Source of the DNA: Candidatus Thorarchaeota archaeon
GTDB lineage: Archaea > Asgardarchaeota > Thorarchaeia > Thorarchaeales > Thorarchaeaceae
DNA length: 64,000 bases
Direction: 5' to 3'
NCBI GenBank assembly: GCA_011364985.1
Contig: RDOC01000003.1
Coordinates: 96,001-160,000, forward strand
Shown here: one piece after another, positions 20,441 to 30,695 of the stretch
How positions within the stretch are numbered: the first letter of the stretch is position 1
Layout: each line of letters starts with the position of its first letter
The notes under the pieces: model-generated
Seen by the model: only the letters and a program-made list of their open reading frames with translations
The model's database searches: none
What the model was told of the DNA's origin: nothing
Position numbers and translations under genes: made by a program

Positions 20441-21841
20441 CTACATGAACATGTATATTCCGCGTTCCTTCGCCCAAGAAATGGTTGAGGGGTCACATCT
20501 TTTCAGTTCACGCTCTGGAAACTCGCTAAGTAGATTCCATCCAAGGTCAAGGGTCTGCTCAAAGGAGCGATCTTCGTGTTCACCTTGACCGATAAATTCC
20601 TGTTCGAATCTATCAGCAAACTTCAGATATTTCTGATCGCGGTCCGTCAGAGCTTCGGATCCTACAACAGCAACTAGGTCCCTAAGATCAATACCTTCGG
20701 AATAGGCATAGTAGAGCTGGGCCTGAACTTCTTTGTGATCAAAGCGGGTCATTCCCTCACCGATTCCTTCTTTCATGAGCCTGCTTAGCGATGGACCAGG
20801 ATCAATAGGAGGAAAAATTCCTCGTCTATGAAGTCCTCTACTTAATGGTAGCTGACCTTCGGTTATGTACCCTGTTAGATCCGGGATTGGATGAGTCATA
20901 TCATCTTGGGGCATAGATAGGATGGGCATCTGGGTAATTGTGCCTTTACGGCCGTTGATTCGTCCAGCCCGTTCGTAGATGAGGCTGAGATCAGTGTAGA
21001 GATAGCCGGGGTAACCACGTCGACCAGGCACTTCCGACCTGGCTGCGCTAATCTCTCTTAATGCCTCTGCGTAGTTGGTCATATCAGTCAAGACAACCAA
21101 GACATGCATATCAGCTTGGTAGGCAAGATACTCCGCGGTTGTGAGAGCCGCCCGGGGGGTAATTATTCGCTCTATGGCAGGGTCATTGGCAAGATTAAGG
21201 AAAAGGGTGGTATGTTCCAAAGCCCCAGTTTCCTCAAATGACTTCATGAAATACTGTGCTTCGGTGGCAGTTATTCCCATGGCAGCGAATACAATAGCAA
21301 ATTCACCCTCTTCCCCGGGAATCTTTGCTTGCCTAACAATCTGTGCAGCTATCCTATTGTGAGGCAAGCCGGATCCAGAGAAAATGGGCAACTTCTGTCC
21401 TCGGACAAGAGTGTTGAGTCCATCAATAACGGAAAGACCTGTTTGAATAGGTTGCCTTGGATATTGGCGAGCGTATGGGTTTATTGGTGACCCGTAGATG
21501 TCCCAATGGTCTTCAGCGGTGAGTTTTGGGCCCTTATCCAATGGATCGCCCGATCCATCCAGAACCCGTCCGAGAATCTCAGTAGAAACTGGAAGCTTAA
21601 GAGTTTCACCAGTGAATCTTACCGCGGTGACATCAGTATCAAGACCGCTTGTGCCCTCAAAGACTTGAATCACTGCGCGTCCGTGCCCTGTTTCAAGAAC
21701 GGTACCAGTAAGCAGTTCGCCATTTGGAGCACGGATTTTAACAACTTCATTGAACGTCACGTTGTGTGTGTTCTCTACCACAAGCAGTGGTCCACTGACG
21801 TCTGAAACAGTTCTATAAGAGATTGAAGACTCGCTGGACAT
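20441..21841 (-). CDS. atpB: A/V-type ATP synthase subunit B
   Basis: [53 protein letters not shown]; ATG 21841 after GAGGTG. Confidence 0.97.
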   Translation of the reverse strand: MSSESSISYRTVSDVSGPLLVVENTHNVTFNEVVKIRAPNGELLTGTVLETGHGRAVIQVFEGTSGLDTDVTAVRFTGETLKLPVSTEILGRVLDGSGDPLDKGPKLTAEDHWDIYGSPINPYARQYPRQPIQTGLSVIDGLNTLVRGQKLPIFSGSGLPHNRIAAQIVRQAKIPGEEGEFAIVFAAMGITATEAQYFMKSFEETGALEHTTLFLNLANDPAIERIITPRAALTTAEYLAYQADMHVLVVLTDMTNYAEALREISAARSEVPGRRGYPGYLYTDLSLIYERAGRINGRKGTITQMPILSMPQDDMTHPIPDLTGYITEGQLPLSRGLHRRGIFPPIDPGPSLSRLMKEGIGEGMTRFDHKEVQAQLYYAYSEGIDLRDLVAVVGSEALTDRDQKYLKFADRFEQEFIGQGEHEDRSFEQTLDLGWNLLSEFPERELKRCDPSTISWAKERGIYMFM

Positions 21842-21928
21842 ATCAGAATCCACCTCAGACGCTCTAATCAGTGGTATTCGGCTCGTATTGGTCCTTTTGT
21901 TTTAAGAGTTGTCGTGTGTATCCATGAA

Positions 21929-22447
21929 TCATATCCATGGGGCGATATGGAAAAAGGCTAGCACTGGCGCAAACATCAGAGCTCGTATGATAAGTGAATG
22001 ACCCCTAGACTTAAGGTCGTTGGACAAGGGTGTGAAATATAGAATTGCTCCAGCAAGGAAACATATAGCAGCGATCATATCCCCAATTAGCACAGTAATT
22101 CCAATGACTTCAGTATCAGTCATGCCGATGAAAGACAGCCAAGTACTTGTTGCACTTTCAATAGTGACCGTTTCCAGTCCAACTATCGATGCGAATAAAT
22201 CAAGTATGATTGGTCCGATAATATAGATCACCACGCCCATTGCTATCAGAGTTTTGCCTAATCCATCGCTTGCCCCAGTCACATAAACTATGAAACCTAC
22301 TAGGACAATAATCAAGTATCCACGTATGATGAACGCAAGCATGATATTGAGAGCCATTTCTAACAGATCAACAAATGGAGCAGGAAATGTCGGATCGAAG
22401 ACGATCTGCAAAACGGTTAGTAAAAGAACAGGATTGAACGGCTTCAC
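21929..22447 (-). CDS. Membrane protein with two VirB2/TrbC-pilin-like hairpin repeats
   Basis: Four TM helices; repeated G.I.Y.T-loop-G(K/H).LI pattern. Confidence 0.5.
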   Translation of the reverse strand: MKPFNPVLLLTVLQIVFDPTFPAPFVDLLEMALNIMLAFIIRGYLIIVLVGFIVYVTGASDGLGKTLIAMGVVIYIIGPIILDLFASIVGLETVTIESATSTWLSFIGMTDTEVIGITVLIGDMIAAICFLAGAILYFTPLSNDLKSRGHSLIIRALMFAPVLAFFHIAPWI

Positions 22448-22482
22448 ATTAAGCTGTCATAGCAAGGGCATTTAATCTCCAC

Positions 22483-23034
22483 TCAACTCAATTCTGCTCG
22501 TAGTTTCTCAAAGTCCGCTAGAATAACTTCCCTAGTTGAAGGAAATCTGAGAGCTGCAGCAGGGTGATATGTGATAAAGAACGTTCTTTCGTTTCCGTCA
22601 TAGAAGCGGCCATGAGCATCAGCCATTTTCCAAGGTCCAATCAGAGAAGAGACTGCAACTCCACCCAATAGCACAACCAGTTCAGGATCGATTATCTCCA
22701 ATTGTCTATCCAAATAGGGGAGACAAGCATCTATTTCGCTCTTTTTGGGAGTCCGATTGTTGGGAGGCCTTGATTTCAGAACGGATGTTATGAAGACCTC
22801 TTTTCTCGTAAGGCCAATTCCTTCTATCAGCTCGGTGAGAAGCTCACCTGAACGACCCACAAAAGGACGACCTAGCTTGTCTTCTTGTGCACCAGGGGCC
22901 TCTCCAACGAACATGATTTTTGCATCGACAGCCCCTTCGCCCGGTACTGCATTTGTACGAGTGGCATGAAGAGGGCATTCAGTGCAGTGAGCAATCATGG
23001 CATGCAGGTTTTCGAGTTCTTCAGTTGGTGTCAT
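22483..23034 (-). CDS. udg: Uracil-DNA glycosylase family 4
   Basis: C..C.L...R...VPGEG, VGEAPG..ED..GRPFVG, RPPNNR.P, YHPAA.L. Confidence 0.95.
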   Translation of the reverse strand: MTPTEELENLHAMIAHCTECPLHATRTNAVPGEGAVDAKIMFVGEAPGAQEDKLGRPFVGRSGELLTELIEGIGLTRKEVFITSVLKSRPPNNRTPKKSEIDACLPYLDRQLEIIDPELVVLLGGVAVSSLIGPWKMADAHGRFYDGNERTFFITYHPAAALRFPSTREVILADFEKLRAELS

Positions 23035-23084
23035 TTCCAGAATATGTATGCATTCAGCATCAATAAACTCAGCTGTTCGACAGG

Positions 23085-24893
23085 TTATTGTAATGCATCT
23101 GGTCGAATAATACCAGACTCTGACAATTCTTGGAAAAGCGATTGGAACTCTAGTTCCATCTTTCGCTCAATAGCATCCATGGTCTTCTCATACCCATCCC
23201 ACGGTGCGATTTTCATTCGTGCAATGTTATCGAGGACACTGAACTCAAGAATTCGTCTAACCTGAGCGCCAATACTTACTGCCTCAGCCATCTTTTGGGC
23301 AAACCTGATTATGATACGCAGCATTCTGTAGGTTTTCTCTATGGGGCTGTATGTGTCAATTTCATGGATAGCACTTTGAGTAAGAAAATCCTCTTTGATC
23401 ATTCGAGCTGCTTCTAGCGTAGCACGTTCGGATTCCGGCAGAGCATCAGGACCGACAAGTTGCACAATCTCTCTAAGTTCCTGATCCTTCTGAAGGAGAG
23501 CCATGGCTTCGCGCACCAAGTCCGGCCAATCCGGTCCAAGATGTTTCTTATGCCACTCTTCCAGAGTTTCATGATAGAGAGAATAACTTGTCAGCGTATT
23601 AATGGCAGGAAAGAATCTTCTCGCTGCCAAGTCCTTGTCCAGAGCCCAGAACACCTTGACAATACGTAGAGTGGCTTGTGTTACTGGTTCGGAAAAGTCA
23701 CCACCTGGTGGTGAAACGGCACCGCAAATAGTTACTGAGCCCAACAGATCATTTGAGCCAAGTGTCTTTACGCGCCCTCCTCTCTCGTAGAACTGTGCGA
23801 GTCGAGAGCCCAGATATGCGGGATACCCCTCTTCCGAAGGAAGTTGTCCCAATCGACCAGAAATCTCTCTCAGAGCCTCCGCCCATCTTGAGGTAGAGTC
23901 CGCCATTAGTGCGACATCAAGGCCTTGGTCTCGAAAATACTCGGCGATAGTGACTGCGACATAAATGGATGCTTCTCTGGCAGCAACAGGCATATTTGAT
24001 GTATTCGCAATTAGTACTGTCCGTTCCATAAGAGGCCTACCTGTCTTAGGGTCCTTGAGATGTGGCCATTCCTCAAGAGCTTCAGTCATCTCATTACCTC
24101 TTTCTCCACAACCAACATAGATCACTACTTGAGCATCAGCCCACTTGGCAAATTGATGCAATGTGACTGTCTTGCCGGTTCCAAAGCCCCCCGGTATGGC
24201 ACCAGTGCCACCTTTTGCTTGAGGCATAAAGGTGTCGATGACACGTTGTCCAGTGAGTAGGGGCGTATCCATTGGTGCGCGTTCCTTGAAGGACCGCCCT
24301 ATCCGCACAGGAGTCTTTTGTAGCATTCTCACATCGTGAATGTCCCCAAGACTATCTTTCACCCTGCAGATGGTTTCGACTATCGTATATTCTCCAGATG
24401 GGACAATCTCTACAATCTCACCTTCCACACCATGAGGAATGAGAATACGAGAAGTGATTATGCTAGTTTCAGGAACCTCACCAATGATATCACCTGGTTT
24501 GACCTTTGTGCCAGCTTTCACGATAGGATTCAATTTCCATTTTTTCTCTTTGTCAAGACCCTCTACTGCTAGACCTCTTGATATGAAATCACCTGAAATG
24601 TTTCTTAGTTCAGGAAGAGGTCTTTGAATGCCATCATAAATAGAGCCCAGGAGACCAGGGCCTAGCTCAACTGACAAAGAATCACCTGTAGCAGCTACTG
24701 GCTCCCCAGGAGCCAGACCAGATGTCTCTTCGTAGCATTGAACTGTGCAGGTATCTTCAGCGACTTCAATGACTTCTCCAATAAGCTGCTGCCGACCAAC
24801 GCGGACTACTTCATACATACGTACGGATGGAAGTCCTTCACATCTTACAACAGGTCCAGCAATGCTCTGAATTCTACCTGTGTCCTTATTCAT
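23085..24893 (-). CDS. atpA: A/V-type ATP synthase subunit A
   Basis: P-loop GGFGTGKT, GCGERGNEM, NTSNMPVAAREAS, DSTSRWAEALRE, SPPGGDFSEPVTQ; no intein evident. Confidence 0.97.
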   Translation of the reverse strand: MNKDTGRIQSIAGPVVRCEGLPSVRMYEVVRVGRQQLIGEVIEVAEDTCTVQCYEETSGLAPGEPVAATGDSLSVELGPGLLGSIYDGIQRPLPELRNISGDFISRGLAVEGLDKEKKWKLNPIVKAGTKVKPGDIIGEVPETSIITSRILIPHGVEGEIVEIVPSGEYTIVETICRVKDSLGDIHDVRMLQKTPVRIGRSFKERAPMDTPLLTGQRVIDTFMPQAKGGTGAIPGGFGTGKTVTLHQFAKWADAQVVIYVGCGERGNEMTEALEEWPHLKDPKTGRPLMERTVLIANTSNMPVAAREASIYVAVTIAEYFRDQGLDVALMADSTSRWAEALREISGRLGQLPSEEGYPAYLGSRLAQFYERGGRVKTLGSNDLLGSVTICGAVSPPGGDFSEPVTQATLRIVKVFWALDKDLAARRFFPAINTLTSYSLYHETLEEWHKKHLGPDWPDLVREAMALLQKDQELREIVQLVGPDALPESERATLEAARMIKEDFLTQSAIHEIDTYSPIEKTYRMLRIIIRFAQKMAEAVSIGAQVRRILEFSVLDNIARMKIAPWDGYEKTMDAIERKMELEFQSLFQELSESGIIRPDALQ

Positions 24894-24920
24894 GATTGTC
24901 TTGCTCCACGATTGGATGAA

Positions 24921-25244
24921 TTAGATATTGATTTCTATGCCTACGGCCCTTCGAATCAATTCTTTCAATACAGTCTCGTAAGTCCCTCTCGAACCGGTCC
25001 TGTCCGGGATTAGCAAAATAACGGGGACCGGAGCTGCGGATAGCTCAATTATGGTATCCTCAACAGGTTTTGCCAAGAATTCTGTTATGATTATGAGCCC
25101 GGTTGTTGGGTCGCGAAAATGTCTAACAAGCATTTCACGAGTTTCGTCGGGGGATTTGCAGATATATGCGTCCTTTGCACCTGCCATCTGAAAGCCAGTT
25201 ACTGTGTCGTTGTCCCCAATTACAACAATTTTGTTACTGACCAT
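24921..25244 (-). CDS. atpF: A/V-type ATP synthase subunit F
   Basis: KIVVIGD.DTVTGF..AG, IPD..G, LIRRAVGI.I. Confidence 0.93.
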   Translation of the reverse strand: MVSNKIVVIGDNDTVTGFQMAGAKDAYICKSPDETREMLVRHFRDPTTGLIIITEFLAKPVEDTIIELSAAPVPVILLIPDRTGSRGTYETVLKELIRRAVGIEINI

Positions 25245-25351
25245 ATTAGCATCTCCTTGGGTCGACACCCCGTCCGATTCATCTCGTTGCGGTGGTGCTT
25301 AAGATGTGTGCTAAATAAGGTTTGCATCCAGTCTTGAATCATACTGGACTG

Positions 25352-25843
25352 TCAACGCGATTCAGTGAATTGAGCAATGATTTCATCATCTCCGATTATT
25401 GTCCAGCAGTAGTGGCATTTCAGTGAAACTGGTTCCTTTGTAGTCACCTTATACTTGGGGGTAATGGGCTCGCGCTCCTTGTTTGTGACGCATCGCTGGT
25501 TGGGGCATGTTATAACATCAACGATAGTTTCCGGAAGCTGCACATGATTCTTTTTCGTAACCTTGCCATCCTCGATTAGATTGATGGTTGCTTCAGGAGC
25601 AACAAGCGCAATTCTGGCAACTTCTCGCTCCTCAAGAAGACGCTTCTCAAGCTTGACAATGTCCTTCCGCCCAATCTTTGAACTAGTGATATTCATTGCA
25701 ATTGTGATTACGCTTCCTTCTCTACCAGTAATGCCAAGTATCTTGAGAACATCAAGCGCATGGCCAGCCCTTATGTGGTCAATAACTGTTCCTGCATCGA
25801 TCTTGACGACTCTGATTCCTTCAACCTTCTGTCGCTCATCCAT
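25352..25843 (-). CDS. pyrI: Aspartate carbamoyltransferase regulatory chain
   Basis: GTVIDHI.AG, GRKDIVK.E, AP.ATIN.I, CPN..CVTN.E, C.YC. Confidence 0.95.
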   Translation of the reverse strand: MDERQKVEGIRVVKIDAGTVIDHIRAGHALDVLKILGITGREGSVITIAMNITSSKIGRKDIVKLEKRLLEEREVARIALVAPEATINLIEDGKVTKKNHVQLPETIVDVITCPNQRCVTNKEREPITPKYKVTTKEPVSLKCHYCWTIIGDDEIIAQFTESR

Positions 25844-25969
25844 TGATATCATCTGGGTGACAGGCAAGATGAAAATCAGTTTTATCCCTTGTGTCAAGTA
25901 TCTTGGAACTCCTTCGAAGCGAAGCTTGATATGGAGAACCATCCTGAAGCTTCCAAGTCAACATGGTGA

Positions 25970-27319
25970 TTGCCATTGGTTCTAGAAGGTCTAGGAAAAT
26001 CACTCAACTCTGCTCTAAAAAGACTCTTTGGAGCTGCTGTTATCGACGAAGATCTTGTCAAGGAATTGGCTAAAGACATCCAGCGCGCCCTGCTAGTGGC
26101 GGATGTCGATGTCAATCTTGTCATGGCAATCACAAAAAGAGTGGAGGAACAAGCTCTAGATGAGTCTCTACCAAGGGGTGTTTCACGAAGAGAGCATATC
26201 GTCAAGGTGGTTTGGGACACGCTCGCATGTTTTCTGGGCGAAAAAGCTGTTCCTCTCGTCATTGACCCAGGAAAACCAAATCTTGTAATGATGGTTGGGA
26301 TTCAAGGGTCGGGAAAGACAACGACTATCGGCAAACTTGCTCGTTACTACCAGAAACGTGGTATCAAGACCGGCGTGATATGTGCGGACAATTTCAGACC
26401 AGGAGCCTACAACCAGCTCAAACAGCTGGCCGAGAAGTCGAGTATTCCATTTTATGGAGATGAGGAACAAAAGGATGCCGTCAATCTAGCCAAGAAAGGG
26501 TTCGATGAGATGCGCAAGAAAGGCATCGAACTCATTCTGCTTGATACTTCTGGAAGACATCGAGAAGAAAAGGGTCTGATTAAGGAGATGAGAGATATCT
26601 CCAGATCAGTAAAACCCAAGGAGATCGTGATGGTTATTGATGGAACTCTTGGACAACAAGCAGGTGTCCAAGCAGCCGCCTTTAAGGAAGCGACGGATAT
26701 TGGGTCAATTATCGTAACAAAGCTAGATGGAAGTGCGAAGGGTGGTGGAGCTCTCTCTGCTGTTGCTGCAACTGGTGCACCTATCAAATTCATTGGCACT
26801 GGAGAATCGATGGATGCGATTGAACCATTCAATCCGACGAAATTCGCCGGGCGCCTTTTGGGTATGTCAGATATCCGTGGCCTCATTGACAAAGTGAGAG
26901 AAGCCCAAATCGATGTAGACGAAGATGTTACAATGCGTTTTATGAAAGGGCAGTTCTCACTAAACGACATGATGGTACAGCTGAAACAACTCAAGAAGAT
27001 GGGACCCATTGGGAAAGTAATGGAAATGCTTGGCCTGCAATACAAACTTCCGGATAATATGGCAGAAGTTCAGGAGGAGAATATGAAACGATGGGAAGTC
27101 ATCATGAACTCGATGACCAAGGAAGAGCGTGACAATCCAAAGATTATCAAATCTTCTCGTATTTCAAGAATTGCACAAGGCTCTGGAACAAGTTCAAGGG
27201 ATGTCCGTGACATGCTGAAGCAACATCAACAGATGCAGAAGATGATGAAACACATCGGAAAGCAACGCCGCGGAAGAAGAGGCGGTATTCCGGGTATTCC
27301 AGGACTGCCAGGGATGTAG
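25970..27319 (+). CDS. srp54: Signal recognition particle 54 kDa protein
   Basis: GIQGSGKTT, DTSGRH, TKLDGSAKGGG, Met-rich M domain. Confidence 0.97.
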   Translation: MPLVLEGLGKSLNSALKRLFGAAVIDEDLVKELAKDIQRALLVADVDVNLVMAITKRVEEQALDESLPRGVSRREHIVKVVWDTLACFLGEKAVPLVIDPGKPNLVMMVGIQGSGKTTTIGKLARYYQKRGIKTGVICADNFRPGAYNQLKQLAEKSSIPFYGDEEQKDAVNLAKKGFDEMRKKGIELILLDTSGRHREEKGLIKEMRDISRSVKPKEIVMVIDGTLGQQAGVQAAAFKEATDIGSIIVTKLDGSAKGGGALSAVAATGAPIKFIGTGESMDAIEPFNPTKFAGRLLGMSDIRGLIDKVREAQIDVDEDVTMRFMKGQFSLNDMMVQLKQLKKMGPIGKVMEMLGLQYKLPDNMAEVQEENMKRWEVIMNSMTKEERDNPKIIKSSRISRIAQGSGTSSRDVRDMLKQHQQMQKMMKHIGKQRRGRRGGIPGIPGLPGM

Positions 27320-27352
27320 ACTCTCTAAATATAGAGGAGTTCCTGAGCTGCC

Positions 27353-27937
27353 ATGCGCCGGTTCCTAATCGGCTTTGAGAAGTTTCCGATCAAACTGGAG
27401 GATGTAAGGAGCGGAACAAACTCACCGCAGGTGATAACGGCCAGTAGATGTGTCAATGTTGGACTTTTTCTATCAGGCAATATGCGGAGAAACGTAGAGA
27501 TTGTCATATCGATCGGAAAGGGAAGTGATCTTGAAGTGATATCATTTCCAGGATGGCAGCTCAGACGTGTTTCCCCAGACGAACGATCAATCGCCTATTT
27601 TCTTTTGAAAGCATTATACGAGCTACAGAACATGAATGAAGAGGAAATGGTGGAAATGCCTAACGGCATCATTTTAATGAAGACCAATGTTGATTCATTG
27701 ATTGAAAGCTGGGATAGTCTGGAGGTGTTCCTAGCTACAACGAATGCCGAGTGGAAAACGATGGAAGAAGCAATGGAACATGCTGTATACATCTTCCCTA
27801 CAAGTGATAGGCTGTACTTTGACCAGTGCAATATCAATATGCAGCCGATTTGGAAACCAGCCTATCCGGAGAGATTTATTCTAGACATAAACATGGTCCA
27901 AGATAGAAGACTTGGATGCATTGGGAAATCTTCATAA
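27353..27937 (+). CDS. TrmY-like (tRNA m1Psi54 SPOUT) protein, divergent
   Basis: MRRF...RCVNVGLFLSG.MRRNV, G..LRRVSPDERS.A; C-terminal knot motif is atypical. Confidence 0.6.
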   Translation: MRRFLIGFEKFPIKLEDVRSGTNSPQVITASRCVNVGLFLSGNMRRNVEIVISIGKGSDLEVISFPGWQLRRVSPDERSIAYFLLKALYELQNMNEEEMVEMPNGIILMKTNVDSLIESWDSLEVFLATTNAEWKTMEEAMEHAVYIFPTSDRLYFDQCNINMQPIWKPAYPERFILDINMVQDRRLGCIGKSS

Positions 27938-27987
27938 TATCATCTTCCAAATCCCTTCTGGTAGACATGAATTGGAAGTGAATTCCC

Positions 27988-29166
27988 GTGCCTACGAACG
28001 TTTCCCCAGAATTCGATAAACAGAGGCAAATCTACGAGGACACTGAAGACCTCACCCAGAGGATAGCAGAACTAGAGAAGCTTCTTGCTCTTGCGCCCAA
28101 TCACAAGGGCGCAGAACGAATGAGAGGCGACTATAGAAAGAAGTTGGCCCAACTAAAGGCGAAACTTGAGAAGCAACGAGAACAAGATCGGATTCGAAAG
28201 AGTGGAGGCGCCCAAGAGGAGGGAGTTGTAAGGAAGGAGGGTGCAGGGCAAGTATGTCTGATTGGGATCACAAACAGTGGAAAATCGTCTCTAATCAACG
28301 CAGTAACTACTGCAGAACTAGAGGTAGGCGATTATCCCTTTACTACACCAATCCCAACGCCTGCAATGTTAGCTCTACAAGACATCAATATTCAGCTTGT
28401 TGAATTGCCGGGTGTCTTTGAAGGAAGCCATGAGGCGGGAATAGGAAGACAGGCCCTATCGGTCTCCAGAAACACAGACTGCATTGCTCTTGTGATTGAC
28501 CTCTCACAGGACATAGATAGTCAAATGGAGATCATACTAAGTGAATTGAACAAGGCAAGAATTAGATTAAACAAAGAGAAATCTGCAGTTAGAATCGAGC
28601 GGGTAGGACTCGGTGGGCATATGATCTATGGTGCACAGAACTACCAAGGTAATATCGATGAGGTGAAGGAATATCTAAGCGCAAGAAGAATAGCAAACAT
28701 CATTGTGCGCTTCCAAAGAGAGACGACCTTCCAGCAGTTTGTCGATGCAATGGACGCAAGTGTCGCCTATGTTCGTGCATTAATCGTTGCAACAAAGGGA
28801 GATGTTCCGGGTTCGGAAAGCCGTTTTAAGGAACTGGAAGAAAAGTACGGAAATAGGTTTGATATTGTTCCCACTTCAGTCAGGCAGAATGAGAATCTTG
28901 ATGGTATGAGTTGGGCGCTCTACGATCATCTAGATATCCTGAGAGTCTATACAAAGATACCCGGCAAGAAGCGGGAAGATAGACCAATAGTCCTGCCTGA
29001 AGGGTCCGTTGTTGAGGATGCTGCAAGCAAAGTTCACAAGGAGCTATTTGTGGAAAGATTTCGAAGTGCGACCATCATCAGAGAGAACGACAAGATAAAA
29101 CGTAGGCAGGTGGGACTCAATTACCCACTTCAAGATGGAGATATAATTCAGCTAGCTCATCGCTAG
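27988..29166 (+). CDS. DRG/OBG-family GTPase with TGS domain
   Basis: P.HKG.E, GITNSGKSS, YPFTT, ELPG, TKGD, RVYTK.PG, VG..Y.LQDGDII. Confidence 0.92.
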   Translation: MPTNVSPEFDKQRQIYEDTEDLTQRIAELEKLLALAPNHKGAERMRGDYRKKLAQLKAKLEKQREQDRIRKSGGAQEEGVVRKEGAGQVCLIGITNSGKSSLINAVTTAELEVGDYPFTTPIPTPAMLALQDINIQLVELPGVFEGSHEAGIGRQALSVSRNTDCIALVIDLSQDIDSQMEIILSELNKARIRLNKEKSAVRIERVGLGGHMIYGAQNYQGNIDEVKEYLSARRIANIIVRFQRETTFQQFVDAMDASVAYVRALIVATKGDVPGSESRFKELEEKYGNRFDIVPTSVRQNENLDGMSWALYDHLDILRVYTKIPGKKREDRPIVLPEGSVVEDAASKVHKELFVERFRSATIIRENDKIKRRQVGLNYPLQDGDIIQLAHR

Positions 29167-29193
29167 TCAATCCCCTCCATGAGGTGAAATTCA

Positions 29194-29931
29194 TTGACTA
29201 AATTGGACAATGTCACTGTGATTCTTGTCGAACCCAAATCCCCGGGAAATGCGGGCTTTGCTGCAAGAGTGATTTCCAATTTTGGAGTCAATAGGCTGAG
29301 AATCGTGGGAGAAGACCCCAGACATGAAAGCCAGGCACAAATCTTCTCGGTTCACGCTCATGACCTTCTTGAGTCTGCTGGCATTTTTCCGGACCTGAGC
29401 AGTGCAATACAGGACATGCATGCAGCATGGGCAGCAACCGCCAGATCGGGCCGAAACCATAGCGTCACTAGGGCACTGGTTCCACTTGAGAAGTTGCCAA
29501 ATCCATTAACAATGGAGGGGAATGTGGCTATTGTATTTGGAAGAGAGGATATTGGACTTACCAATGAAGAGATTCTGCTCTGTGATTTGGCCTTTACTAT
29601 TCCAGTGGCTCCAAGCTATCCCAGCATGAATCTCAGTCACGCAGTAGCCGTTGTGCTATACCATCTTTATTCGGCATATGCACCTGAGGAGAGGAAGGAA
29701 CCTACTGAAGCAAAGCCAGCTACTAGAAAAGAACGAGAGATTGTTTACAAGTTCTTTGATGAAATCGTAGACAGACTCACAATCAAGGACTTCAGGAAGC
29801 CCATTGCAAAGCAGGTATTTCGGAACCTCTTGGGCAGATCCTATATGACAGGAAGAGAAGTGATGACGCTGACCGGAGTGGTTCGAAAGGTCATGGAGCA
29901 AATTGATGAGAATCCTGAGAAAGAAGAATGA
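29194..29931 (+). CDS. trmJ: TrmJ/LasT-family tRNA 2'-O-methyltransferase
   Basis: VILVEP..PGN.G..ARV..NFG, VFGRED.GLTNEE, YPSMNLSHAV. Confidence 0.9.
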   Translation: MTKLDNVTVILVEPKSPGNAGFAARVISNFGVNRLRIVGEDPRHESQAQIFSVHAHDLLESAGIFPDLSSAIQDMHAAWAATARSGRNHSVTRALVPLEKLPNPLTMEGNVAIVFGREDIGLTNEEILLCDLAFTIPVAPSYPSMNLSHAVAVVLYHLYSAYAPEERKEPTEAKPATRKEREIVYKFFDEIVDRLTIKDFRKPIAKQVFRNLLGRSYMTGREVMTLTGVVRKVMEQIDENPEKEE

Positions 29932-29993
29932 GATTCCTAATATGCACTAATGTATAGGATTAGTTGATGGCGAAGTGGCTCGGTTGAAGGCAA

Positions 29994-30695
29994 ATGCACT
30001 GTGATGGGATTGTAGGTAGGTTCACTCCAAACGGCTTCCTTTTCCAAGGAGCATATTGGGTAGTAGAAGTAGTAATTCTCATCCTGATTTTCATGCTTCT
30101 TTGGATTTGCTGCTGTGTTAGGTCAATTCGGTATTCTTGGAAGTTTCCAATACCTGCGTTTATGGGAAATGCAATTGCAGCAGGACCGTATCGCAGGAGA
30201 GTACAGCCTCCATCAATGGTAGTAGATGCAATAGATGCCAAGCCTGGAATGACCGTCATTGACATCGGCTGTGGTTCTGGACTCTATACAGTTGCTGTTG
30301 CGGAAGCGGTACAGCCTGATGGAGTAGTATATGCAGTGGATATACAGGAAGGAATGTTGGAAAAACTGAGAAGCCGGATGAAACGTGAAGGCATAGAGAA
30401 CATCATTCCTGTCTTAGCTGATGCCGAGGGGCGAATCCCGCTTGACGATGGAATTGCTGACGCGATTTTCTCAACAGCAGTCATACCCGAAATCCCTGAT
30501 CCTGTAAAGGCGCTGCTTCAAATAAAGCGTCTATTGAAAACAGGCGGCCTTTTTGCGGAGGCAGAATTCCTCTTGGATCCCGACTTCCCCTTGGCAGGTA
30601 CAGTAAAGAAATGGGCGAGAAAGGCAGGACTTGTGTTTGAAAGGCAGGTGGGTCATGCCATGCGTTACGTACTCGTGTTTAGGAAGGACTCATAG
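29994..30695 (+). CDS. Class I SAM-dependent methyltransferase with N-terminal TM helix
   Basis: VIDIGCGSG, VYAVDIQ..ML, LK.GG. Confidence 0.85.
   Translation: MHCDGIVGRFTPNGFLFQGAYWVVEVVILILIFMLLWICCCVRSIRYSWKFPIPAFMGNAIAAGPYRRRVQPPSMVVDAIDAKPGMTVIDIGCGSGLYTVAVAEAVQPDGVVYAVDIQEGMLEKLRSRMKREGIENIIPVLADAEGRIPLDDGIADAIFSTAVIPEIPDPVKALLQIKRLLKTGGLFAEAEFLLDPDFPLAGTVKKWARKAGLVFERQVGHAMRYVLVFRKDS

Noticed and set aside
27281-27316. GGTATTCC repeats at the end of srp54
   Set aside because: Simply encode the GIPGIPGLPG tail
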